From the NCBI GenBank assembly GCA_950072105.1, contig CATMOE010000057.1:1-22330 (forward strand): DNA of 22,330 nt. Direction: 5' to 3'. The stretch comes from an uncultured Dehalococcoidia bacterium (GTDB lineage Bacteria > Chloroflexota > Dehalococcoidia > Lucifugimonadales > UBA3495). The translations under genes were made by a program, and so were the position numbers. Positions 15,608-22,330 of the stretch are shown here, piece by piece. The notes under the pieces were generated by a model, which saw nothing but the letters and a program-made list of their open reading frames with translations, did no database searches and had not been told where the DNA came from. The first letter of the stretch is position 1; each line of letters starts with the position of its first letter.

Positions 15608-16614
15608 GCTGGAGTTCCAGCCATCCTGCGGCTAAAGGCGATCGAGCTTTGCGCCGCCGGATCTGGGGATGCCTGGTATCGGCCGATTCGCAAACCACAG
15701 TAGATCCCCAGCAATATCCCGGCCAAAGCGTCCCAACCCGACGTGTGTCCCGTGCGGATCAGGTCCAAAGCGGCGTTGACCGTGTCCGAACTGTCATCCA
15801 CACCCAAGAGACATCGCAACAGGCGGTGCTGGGCCGCGCTGCCGTATCCCCGCGCCGACTGCTCCAACATCGCGGCGCTGATCCGGGTGGTCTCGGCGGC
15901 CGCATGCTTGGTGACGCAACCGGCCAGGGCGTCAACGCTGAAAAGTGAAGCCGTATTCTGCATGGCCCTTAGCGCCACCAACATACCTCCTAGTAGATCG
16001 TCGCCCGAGGGCGTTAGGCCCGGCCCCAGACCCACTAGACCAGCCACGCCTTGATCAATAGCTTCCGAGGCGGAACGGGTTAGGCCCCCGCATAATCGGG
16101 ATAGGCGTGGCATCGCCAACTCTGCAACCGCGTTCATGTTTACGATGCCGGACGACCCCGCGTTGGCAATACCGGCGGTGTGGGGGATGATCTCGGCCAG
16201 GCCATCCGAGGGTATCAGTGGATCCACTTGGTCGATCAGGACGTCCAGACGGCGAAGGATTTCATCCTGCGGCGCCGTTTGTCCCACTGGGTCCGGCTCC
16301 CAGATCACCGTTTCTGCCGTAGTGAGCACTAACTCATGGCCAACCACTAAGTCCACGCCATCCGTGTCCAGATGGCAGCCTTCATTGATTCCGAGACTGA
16401 GAAACGTGGTTTTTGAGGGAATTTTTACCGCTAGTGTCAAAGGTCCTTCGCCCAACCCTTGGTCCGCCAGACAAAATACCTGCCCTCCACCGCTTTCCAG
16501 ATAGCAGGACCGCCGGAAGACGGCGAAGACCGTTCCCCAACGCCCTGATCGAGGAACCCGCTTGGCTAAGGGACCGCCCATGGAACTTATTGGGTAAATT
16601 GTGCTCGAAGTCAT
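15604..16614 (-). CDS. ylbF: DUF2877 family protein (YlbF/YahE/AllH-like)
   Basis: LVGLGPGLTPSGDDLLGG, TTRIS and GHTSGWDALAG motifs; next to fdrA. Start at ATG 16614 (GGAG SD). Confidence 0.85.
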   Translation of the reverse strand: MTSSTIYPISSMGGPLAKRVPRSGRWGTVFAVFRRSCYLESGGGQVFCLADQGLGEGPLTLAVKIPSKTTFLSLGINEGCHLDTDGVDLVVGHELVLTTAETVIWEPDPVGQTAPQDEILRRLDVLIDQVDPLIPSDGLAEIIPHTAGIANAGSSGIVNMNAVAELAMPRLSRLCGGLTRSASEAIDQGVAGLVGLGPGLTPSGDDLLGGMLVALRAMQNTASLFSVDALAGCVTKHAAAETTRISAAMLEQSARGYGSAAQHRLLRCLLGVDDSSDTVNAALDLIRTGHTSGWDALAGILLGIYCGLRIGRYQASPDPAAQSSIAFSRRMAGTPA

Positions 16615-16629
16615 TAAAAACTCCGGCCC

Positions 16630-16659
16630 ATCATAGCTTGCCATTACGCACGAATGCAA
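16630..16659 (-). promoter_or_regulatory. Candidate promoter for the ylbF-fdrA-ylbE operon
   Basis: Minus strand TTGCAT-N18-TATGAT; would give a very short leader. Confidence 0.35.
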
Positions 16660-16664
16660 ACTGC

Positions 16665-16692
16665 TTGACACCCCCGCTGTCCCCGTTACAAT
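16665..16692 (+). promoter_or_regulatory. Sigma70-type promoter for pepC
   Basis: TTGACA-N16-TACAAT. Confidence 0.65.
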
Positions 16693-16745
16693 CAACCGAT
16701 ACCCGGCGGAATCCGGCCAGGGATCGCCGGTTGGAGAGCCGAACG

Positions 16746-18122
16746 ATGAGCAGTGATGCCAACAGAACCGATTTAGAGCCTAGCGCCGAGAACGGCGCGT
16801 TGACGATGGAAAGGCTGGAGGAGTTCCGGCAGAGCTTCGATGCCAATCCGTCTAATAGGCTGATGCAGAACGCGGTTACCCAGCACGATGTCAACGACAT
16901 CGCCCTTAACCGGTCGATAGTCACCGAAGCGAACCACACGTTTTCCACCGTGCTGGACGACTGGGGAGTGACCAACCAAGCCAGAACGGGCCGCTGTTGG
17001 ATGTTCGCCGGCCTAAATTTGTTCCGCGCCGGCACCAGAAACATCATGAACGTCAAGCAGTTCGAGTTCAGCCAGAACTACCTGATGTTCTGGGACAAGG
17101 TGGAACGCGCCAACTTCGTGTTGGAAGCAATCATCGAGACTGCGGACCGGCCGGTGGACGACCGCACAGTGGCTTGGCTGCTGCAGCGTTCCATCGAGGA
17201 CGGCGGCCAGTGGGATATGTTCGTCGGCTTGGTGAAAAAGCACGGCGTCGCCCCCAAGACGGTGATGACCGAAACCCAAAGCTCGGCCAGTTCGGCCCGA
17301 ATGAACTCCATGCTGAACTACCAGATGCGTCAAGGAGCAAAGAAGATCCGGGAGTCCTACGCCGCCGAATCCGGCTTGGAAGCGTTGCGCGGGGTCAAGG
17401 ATGAAATTCTCCAGGTGATTCACAATGTCCTATCCATTCATCTGGGCACGCCTCCCAGTTCCTTCGACTGGCAATGGAAAGATAAAGACGGCAAGTTCCA
17501 CCGTGACGGCCAGATGACACCCTTGGAGTTTGCCGACAAATACGTGGACACTCCTTGGGAAGATTACGTTTGCCTGGTTCATGACCCCAGAGAGACCAGC
17601 CCCATGGGCCGCACTTACACCATCGCTTATCTAGGTAACATGGTGGACGCGCCGCCCATCAAGTATCTGAATACGGACATCCAGACCATCAAGGACATCA
17701 CCCAGCGAATGCTGCTTGACGGCAAGCCAGTGTGGATGGGCTGCGACACCGGCAAACAGTCCCATCGGGACCTGGGTCTTTGGGACGCCGACCTGTTCGA
17801 TTACGCCGGCGTCTACAGCGCTGATTTCTCCCTCGACAAGGCGGGAAGGCTGGAGTACCACCAGACCCGAATGACCCATGCCATGCTGTTCACCGGCGTG
17901 GACCTGGTGGACGGGCAACCCCGCCGCTGGAGGGTGGAGAATAGTTGGGATGAAAAGGTGGGCGACAAGGGGTTCTTCCTGATGAACGATTCCTGGTTCG
18001 CCGAGTACATGTTTGAGATAGCCGTCCCCAAGAGCTACCTGACCGCTGACATGCAAGCAGCGCTGGACTTGGAGCCCATAGTTCTGCCGCCCTGGGACCC
18101 CATGGGTTCGCTGGCGGGGTAG
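16746..18122 (+). CDS. pepC: Aminopeptidase C / bleomycin hydrolase (peptidase C1B)
   Basis: TNQARTGRCWMFA (Gln/Cys), FEFSQNY, DGGQWDM, MTHAM (His), WRVENSW (Asn), C-terminal PWDPMGSLA. Start at ATG 16746 with GGAG SD, downstream of the promoter. Confidence 0.95.
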   Translation: MSSDANRTDLEPSAENGALTMERLEEFRQSFDANPSNRLMQNAVTQHDVNDIALNRSIVTEANHTFSTVLDDWGVTNQARTGRCWMFAGLNLFRAGTRNIMNVKQFEFSQNYLMFWDKVERANFVLEAIIETADRPVDDRTVAWLLQRSIEDGGQWDMFVGLVKKHGVAPKTVMTETQSSASSARMNSMLNYQMRQGAKKIRESYAAESGLEALRGVKDEILQVIHNVLSIHLGTPPSSFDWQWKDKDGKFHRDGQMTPLEFADKYVDTPWEDYVCLVHDPRETSPMGRTYTIAYLGNMVDAPPIKYLNTDIQTIKDITQRMLLDGKPVWMGCDTGKQSHRDLGLWDADLFDYAGVYSADFSLDKAGRLEYHQTRMTHAMLFTGVDLVDGQPRRWRVENSWDEKVGDKGFFLMNDSWFAEYMFEIAVPKSYLTADMQAALDLEPIVLPPWDPMGSLAG

Positions 18123-18163
18123 GTCAGCTGATCATTTGTGACGACTATTTGACATGCACGTTT

Positions 18164-18241
18164 CACCCCCTCTCTAACTCTCCCCGTAAAGGGAGAGAAC
18201 AAGTCCCTTCCCCCCTTGTGAGGGAAGGTTAAGATGGGGGG
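18164..18241. repeat. C/G-rich inverted pair of hairpin repeats (REP-like)
   Basis: CCCCCTCTCTAACTCTCCCCGTAAAGGGAGAG followed by an inverted similar unit CCCTTCCCCCCTTGTGAGGGAAGGTTAAGATGGGGG; each unit carries its own hairpin. Confidence 0.65.
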
Positions 18242-18274
18242 CGGTTCCCCGGAAACATTGACCAGAGGCAAGCT

Positions 18275-19423
18275 ATGAAGTTCGGTTTTTTCATGATGCC
18301 GTCCCACTCCCACACCGAGAACCCAACCCTGGCTTTTGAGCGGGATCTGGGGCTTATCGAGTACGCGGAGACTTTGGGATTCGACGAATTCTGGGTGGGC
18401 GAGCACCATACGGGCGGCTGGGAAACCATCCCCGCGCCGGACATATTCCTGGCGGCGGCGGGAACCCGCACCAAACGGATCCGTTTGGGTACGGCGGTGA
18501 TCAACCTGTCCTACCACCACCCATTCGACGTAGCCGAAAGGATGGCTTTTCTGGACCATCTGACCTACGGCCGTGTAATGCTGGGCTGTGGACCAGGCAT
18601 CCTGGCCCCGGACATAAAGCTGTTTGGCCTGAATCCCACGGAACTGCGCCCGATGATGAACGAGTCCTTGGATATCATTCTGAAACTGTACCGCGAGGAC
18701 GGCCCGGTCTCTTACGAGGGCGATTATTGGCAGATCAAGGACATGGAAATCCAGGTCAAGCCCTACCAGCAACCCCATCTGCCGGTATACATGGTTAGCT
18801 CGGGCAGCGGCAACAGCATCCGGGTGGCGGCGGAGCGCGGTCTGGGGGTGATATCCGGGGCGTTCACTCAGCCTGGGGCGATCGACATCACCGAGCAATG
18901 GAAGTCCTACGAGCAGCAGGCTGCGGCAGCGGGGCATCAGGCCAACCGGGAAGATTGGCGGCTGTCCACCAGCATCTACGTGGCAAACTCCATGGACGAG
19001 GCCTTGAACGACGTCTCCCAGGGCATCATGACCGAGGTCAGGGAATACTTCTTCAACAACGGAGGCAAGGTTACCTACGAAGCCTATCCGGGACAGCCCG
19101 CCGAAGAGATCACCGTGGAGCAGATCATAAAGCAGCGCAATTGGATCATCGGGGACCCAGACTACTGCGTGGGCAAGATCAAAGAACTCGAGGAGGCCAC
19201 CGGCGGGTTCGGCGGATTGCTGATGGTGGCGGTGGAGTGGACCACGTCGGAGAAGTGGAACCGGTCTCTGGAGCTATTCGCCCGATATGTCATGCCCCAA
19301 TTCAAGGGCACGCTGAAAGGTATCCAAGGCTCCTACGACCGCATGGTCGAGGACAACCGGCTAGGACTCCTGCCCACGGCCCGTTCTGGGTCTGTAAGGG
19401 TTGATGGTGGGACGGCGGGGTAA
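18275..19423 (+). CDS. LLM class flavin-dependent oxidoreductase (luciferase-like monooxygenase)
   Basis: MKFGFF, AETLGFDEFWVGEHH, RIRLGTAVINLSYHHP, AERMAFLDHLTYGRVMLG, KPYQQPHLP, SLELFARYVMP. Confidence 0.93.
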   Translation: MKFGFFMMPSHSHTENPTLAFERDLGLIEYAETLGFDEFWVGEHHTGGWETIPAPDIFLAAAGTRTKRIRLGTAVINLSYHHPFDVAERMAFLDHLTYGRVMLGCGPGILAPDIKLFGLNPTELRPMMNESLDIILKLYREDGPVSYEGDYWQIKDMEIQVKPYQQPHLPVYMVSSGSGNSIRVAAERGLGVISGAFTQPGAIDITEQWKSYEQQAAAAGHQANREDWRLSTSIYVANSMDEALNDVSQGIMTEVREYFFNNGGKVTYEAYPGQPAEEITVEQIIKQRNWIIGDPDYCVGKIKELEEATGGFGGLLMVAVEWTTSEKWNRSLELFARYVMPQFKGTLKGIQGSYDRMVEDNRLGLLPTARSGSVRVDGGTAG

Positions 19424-19456
19424 ATCCCCCCAACCCCCCTTTGCGAAATGGGGGCT
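19422..19456. repeat. C/G-rich hairpin repeat / possible terminator between convergent genes
   Basis: AAATCCCCCCAACCCCCCTTTGCGAAATGGGGGCT, same architecture as the 18164 units; starts at the LLM stop codon. Confidence 0.5.
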
Positions 19457-19471
19457 TTTCGGTGAGCCCGA

Positions 19472-19945
19472 TTACAGCGAGACGATCTTTCCGTCCACAC
19501 GCCCATCCGCCAACTCCAAGAAACCTATGGAAGGCACCACTTTGAACCGGCGTTTGCCCGCTGCTCCGGGGTTGAAGAATAGGATGTTGCCCATTTCTTG
19601 CTGGAAGGCGATGTGGCTGTGGCCATAGACCACAATGTCAGCGCCCGTATCGATGTAGGGCTGCATCGACGGGTGGCCGGGGCTCTTGGGCACTTTTACT
19701 ATGTGGGTCAAGTAAAAGCTGAAGCCCTCTAGCCTCAGCGACACCTTTTCAGGGTAAAGGGATTCGGGCCCGGTGCGGTCGTTGTTTCCACGGACCACGG
19801 TTATTGGGGCGATCTGGGCCAATGCCTCGATGATGCCGCCGTCGCCGATGTCCCCGGCGTGGAGAATGTGGTTCACGCCTTGAAGCAGTTCGGGCACTCT
19901 GGAGTTGAGGTAGCCGTGGGTGTCGGAAACTACTCCTATCCGCAA
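19472..19945 (-). CDS. Metallophosphoesterase, YfcE/MJ0936 family
   Basis: VVSDTHG, ILHAGDIG, VRGNND, LTH, YGHSH, FNPGAAG. TTG start with GGAGG SD. Confidence 0.92.
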   Translation of the reverse strand: MRIGVVSDTHGYLNSRVPELLQGVNHILHAGDIGDGGIIEALAQIAPITVVRGNNDRTGPESLYPEKVSLRLEGFSFYLTHIVKVPKSPGHPSMQPYIDTGADIVVYGHSHIAFQQEMGNILFFNPGAAGKRRFKVVPSIGFLELADGRVDGKIVSL

Positions 19946-19958
19946 GACGGCCTCCGCT

Positions 19959-21008
19959 TCACAGCATGGCCTCGTTCAGCGTCACTCCGAAGCCGGGAGC
20001 GTCGTTGGGCTGGATGTGGCCGTTCTCGACTACCGGTTCGTTGAACCAGAGTTCGTCCCTGGGCGCGCCACGGTTACCCGGATTCTTCTCGGCCAGATCC
20101 ATGCAGTCGCTGGCCACGATCAAGTGCAGGCCCCAAACCTCGCCGCCGCGGTGGGGGGCGACCGGGATGGAATGTTCTCTGGCGATGTCCAATATCCGCC
20201 GCCCCGCCGTTATGCCCCCGCACCAGGTGATATCCGGTTGCCACAGGTCCAACGCGCCCGCCTCGGCGATGGCGGCGAAGCCGTGGTGGGTGAACTCGTG
20301 CTCACCGCCCGAGATCAGCACCGGCTTCACCGGTTGGCGCAGCGCGGCCTGGCCGGATAGGTCGTCGGGCGTCAGAACGTCCTCGAACCAGTAGATATCG
20401 AACTCGGCAAGGCGGCGGCTCATCTCCAGCGTCACTTGGGTGTCCCATGACAGGTAGGAATCGATCATGATCTTGGCGTCGGAGCCAAAGACCGACCTTG
20501 CCTTAGTAGCCGCGGCGACGGCCGTATCGTAGTCCGATTCATTGCCCGTCCAGCGGTGGGGGAACTTGTGTGCGGTGAATCCCAACTCCCGGTACCATTC
20601 GGTGTCCGGGCCGGTGGCGTAGGCGGGGACCCGGTCTTTGGTTCTTGCGCCGATCATGTGGTGTACCGGCTTGCCCTCGGCCCTTCCCAACAGGTCCCAC
20701 AGGGCCAGGTCCACTCCGCTGAGGGCCATGACCGCGATGCCCTTGCGTCCGTAAGGGAGAGAAGCGTCGTAGAGCCGGTCCCAGGCGGACGTGATGTCGT
20801 CAACGGTGTCCATCGTTTGACCGACAAGAAGCTCGCTGAAGTGGCGGTTGACCACTTCCACCGCCGCCGCGCCGCCGCCGCCGTACCCCAGTCCGGTAAC
20901 GCCGATGTCCGTCTCCACCCGGACGACGATCTGCCAGAAATGGGTCCTCCAGGAAGGGACCACGTGCTTGTAATTGGGGTAGACGGCTTTTACACTGGTT
21001 ATCTTCAT
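19959..21008 (-). CDS. Mandelate racemase/muconate lactonizing family enzyme, L-rhamnonate dehydratase-like
   Basis: YGRKGIAVMALSGVDLALWDL, PAYATG, MIDSYLSWD, WFED, GGEHEFT, QPDITWCGG, VAPH. Confidence 0.9.
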   Translation of the reverse strand: MKITSVKAVYPNYKHVVPSWRTHFWQIVVRVETDIGVTGLGYGGGGAAAVEVVNRHFSELLVGQTMDTVDDITSAWDRLYDASLPYGRKGIAVMALSGVDLALWDLLGRAEGKPVHHMIGARTKDRVPAYATGPDTEWYRELGFTAHKFPHRWTGNESDYDTAVAAATKARSVFGSDAKIMIDSYLSWDTQVTLEMSRRLAEFDIYWFEDVLTPDDLSGQAALRQPVKPVLISGGEHEFTHHGFAAIAEAGALDLWQPDITWCGGITAGRRILDIAREHSIPVAPHRGGEVWGLHLIVASDCMDLAEKNPGNRGAPRDELWFNEPVVENGHIQPNDAPGFGVTLNEAML

Positions 21009-21058
21009 CGTGCCCGCGTATGTTTAAGATGGGCCGCTGGCCCTGAGAGTCAAGGTCG

Positions 21059-21086
21059 ATTGTAGCCGCCAGACGGCGGTAGTCAA
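21059..21086 (-). promoter_or_regulatory. Sigma70-type promoter for the enolase-family/phosphoesterase operon
   Basis: Minus strand TTGACT-N16-TACAAT; the spacer holds the palindrome CCGCC-AGAC-GGCGG. Confidence 0.55.
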
Positions 21087-21113
21087 GAAGTCTTGGCGCC
21101 CCGACGAGATTGC

Positions 21114-21142
21114 TTGACTGGCCATTTGAATTCAGCTATAAA
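21114..21142 (+). promoter_or_regulatory. Sigma70-type promoter for the PHP-ThDP enzyme operon
   Basis: TTGACT-N17-TATAAA. Confidence 0.55.
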
Positions 21143-21194
21143 TACGTGGCGACGCCCCCCGAACTATGCCAGTCAGCAATGAGGAGCCTGTTCG

Positions 21195-21917
21195 TTGGCC
21201 TCGGTCTTCGACCTCCACGTCCACACCAACCAGGGTAGTCTCGATAGCAGCTTGACCCCCGAGGATATGGTGGCGGAGGCTTGCCGCTTGGGTCTCAGTG
21301 GAGTTTTGGTGACCGAGCATATGGGCTGGCAGCGCCCCGAATTTAACGCTTTCGCCAGCCAGCAGAGCCTCCCCCTGATACTCACCCTTGAGGCGTACAC
21401 GCCTTTGGGGCACATCATCACCCTGGGAATCGACCACTACGTAACGGGCTACGCCGGTGGCCTGGACACGATCAAGACCCTGCGCAAGGAAATCGACCGG
21501 GTCGGCGGATTCATGATTCTGGCCCACCCGTTCCGGCACCTCTTCGAGAACCGGGGCAACTACACCCAGAACATCCTGTTCGAAGACTGGGGGACAGTGC
21601 CCCAGACGGCGGAAGAGGCGATACAGCACCCGATCTTCGAACTTGTGGACGCGATAGAGGTGGTCAACGGGGGCAATCTGGAGAAGGAAAACCGTTTCGC
21701 TCAAGAAGTGACCGGGCTCTGGGGCCGCGCCGGGACGGGAGGAAGCGACGCTCATTCGGTCAACGGATTGGGCAAGGGAGTCACGGTGTTTCCGGGAGAT
21801 GTGCGCACCCAAGATGACCTACTCGAGGCTCTAAAAGCCGGGGAGTTCTTCCCGGTGGAGGGCTTCCATCTGGGGCAGCCCGTTGAGTACGGTGGGAGCC
21901 TGGACCAATCTGGATAA
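21195..21917 (+). CDS. PHP domain metal-dependent phosphoesterase
   Basis: DLHVHT, VTEH, GHI, LAHPFR, AIEVVNG, GGSDAH. TTG start with GAGGAG SD. Confidence 0.9.
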   Translation: MASVFDLHVHTNQGSLDSSLTPEDMVAEACRLGLSGVLVTEHMGWQRPEFNAFASQQSLPLILTLEAYTPLGHIITLGIDHYVTGYAGGLDTIKTLRKEIDRVGGFMILAHPFRHLFENRGNYTQNILFEDWGTVPQTAEEAIQHPIFELVDAIEVVNGGNLEKENRFAQEVTGLWGRAGTGGSDAHSVNGLGKGVTVFPGDVRTQDDLLEALKAGEFFPVEGFHLGQPVEYGGSLDQSG

Positions 21918-21954
21918 GCAGACCGCAGAGGATGCACGAAGGAGGAAAGGCCTA

Positions 21955-22330
21955 ATGGACGGTAACACAGCCATAGCGAACATACTGAAAATGGAAGGTA
22001 CAGAGTACCTTTTCTGCTTTCCGGCCAATACATTGATTGAGGCCGCCGCCGTCGCCGGCATCAAACCCATAATGTCGCGTACCGAGCGCACTACGGTGAA
22101 TATGGCCGACGGCTACACCCGCATGACCAACGGACACAAGACCGGAGTGCTTGTCACTCAGTCGGGCCCCGGTATCGAAAACGCTTTCGCCGGCATTGCC
22201 CACGCTTATGCAGAGTCCACGCCCATACTGGCCATACCAGGCGGCACCGCCAACGGGAGATTGGGGCAACCGCCCGATTTCGATGCCATGTCGGCCTACC
22301 GGGGAGTGACCAAGTGGGTGGCGCAGATAA
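21955..22330 (+). CDS. Thiamine-diphosphate-binding enzyme (acetolactate synthase-like family); 3'-truncated
   Basis: Not in the ORF track; translated by hand: MDGNTAIANILKMEGTEYLFCFP...RTERTTVNMADGYTRMT...TQSGPGIENAFAGIAHAYAESTPILAIPG...VTKW. AGGAGG SD; runs off the window. Confidence 0.9.
   Translation, partial: MDGNTAIANILKMEGTEYLFCFPANTLIEAAAVAGIKPIMSRTERTTVNMADGYTRMTNGHKTGVLVTQSGPGIENAFAGIAHAYAESTPILAIPGGTANGRLGQPPDFDAMSAYRGVTKWVAQI

Noticed and set aside
16413..16745. 111-aa N-terminal extension of PepC in the ORF track
   Set aside because: Overlaps ylbF on the opposite strand and spans the TTGACA-N16-TACAAT promoter; the real start is most likely ATG 16746.
18035..18937. 300-aa antisense ORF over the LLM gene, and similar long antisense or alternate-frame ORFs elsewhere (e.g. 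1144-1737, 13979-14629, 14562-15308, 21132-21812)
   Set aside because: Expected shadows of GC-rich codon usage opposite well-supported genes; no family motifs.

Overview
GC-rich bacterial chromosomal window with about 20 CDS, mostly catabolic. I found no rRNA, tRNA, CRISPR array or transposase. In order: a 5'-truncated family-5 ABC solute-binding protein, a collagen-like lipoprotein, a VOC protein, a pair of hotdog-fold/MaoC-like genes, crcB (Fluc), a 53-aa SEC-C mini-protein missing from the ORF track, a D-aminoacylase-family amidohydrolase, a COG3573-like FAD oxidoreductase, DUF47 plus a PiT phosphate transporter, a beta-ureidopropionase-like C-N hydrolase, a minus-strand ylbF-fdrA-(split FdrA C-terminal gene)-ylbE-ridA cluster, pepC, an LLM monooxygenase, a YfcE-like phosphoesterase, an RhmD-like enolase-superfamily enzyme, a PHP protein and a 3'-truncated ThDP enzyme. 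The gene mix resembles SAR202/Dehalococcoidia Chloroflexota (inference only). The most interesting observations are: (1) the dual-metal-motif micro-protein with its own promoter and a terminator-like leader; (2) a four-piece AllFGH-like module with no allantoin or carbamate kinase genes, converging on a ureidopropionase; (3) several families of palindromic REP-like repeats, two of which bracket single genes; (4) a structured spacer between DUF47 and pit that also holds a bridging ORF. All family assignments come from motif recognition; no database searches were run.
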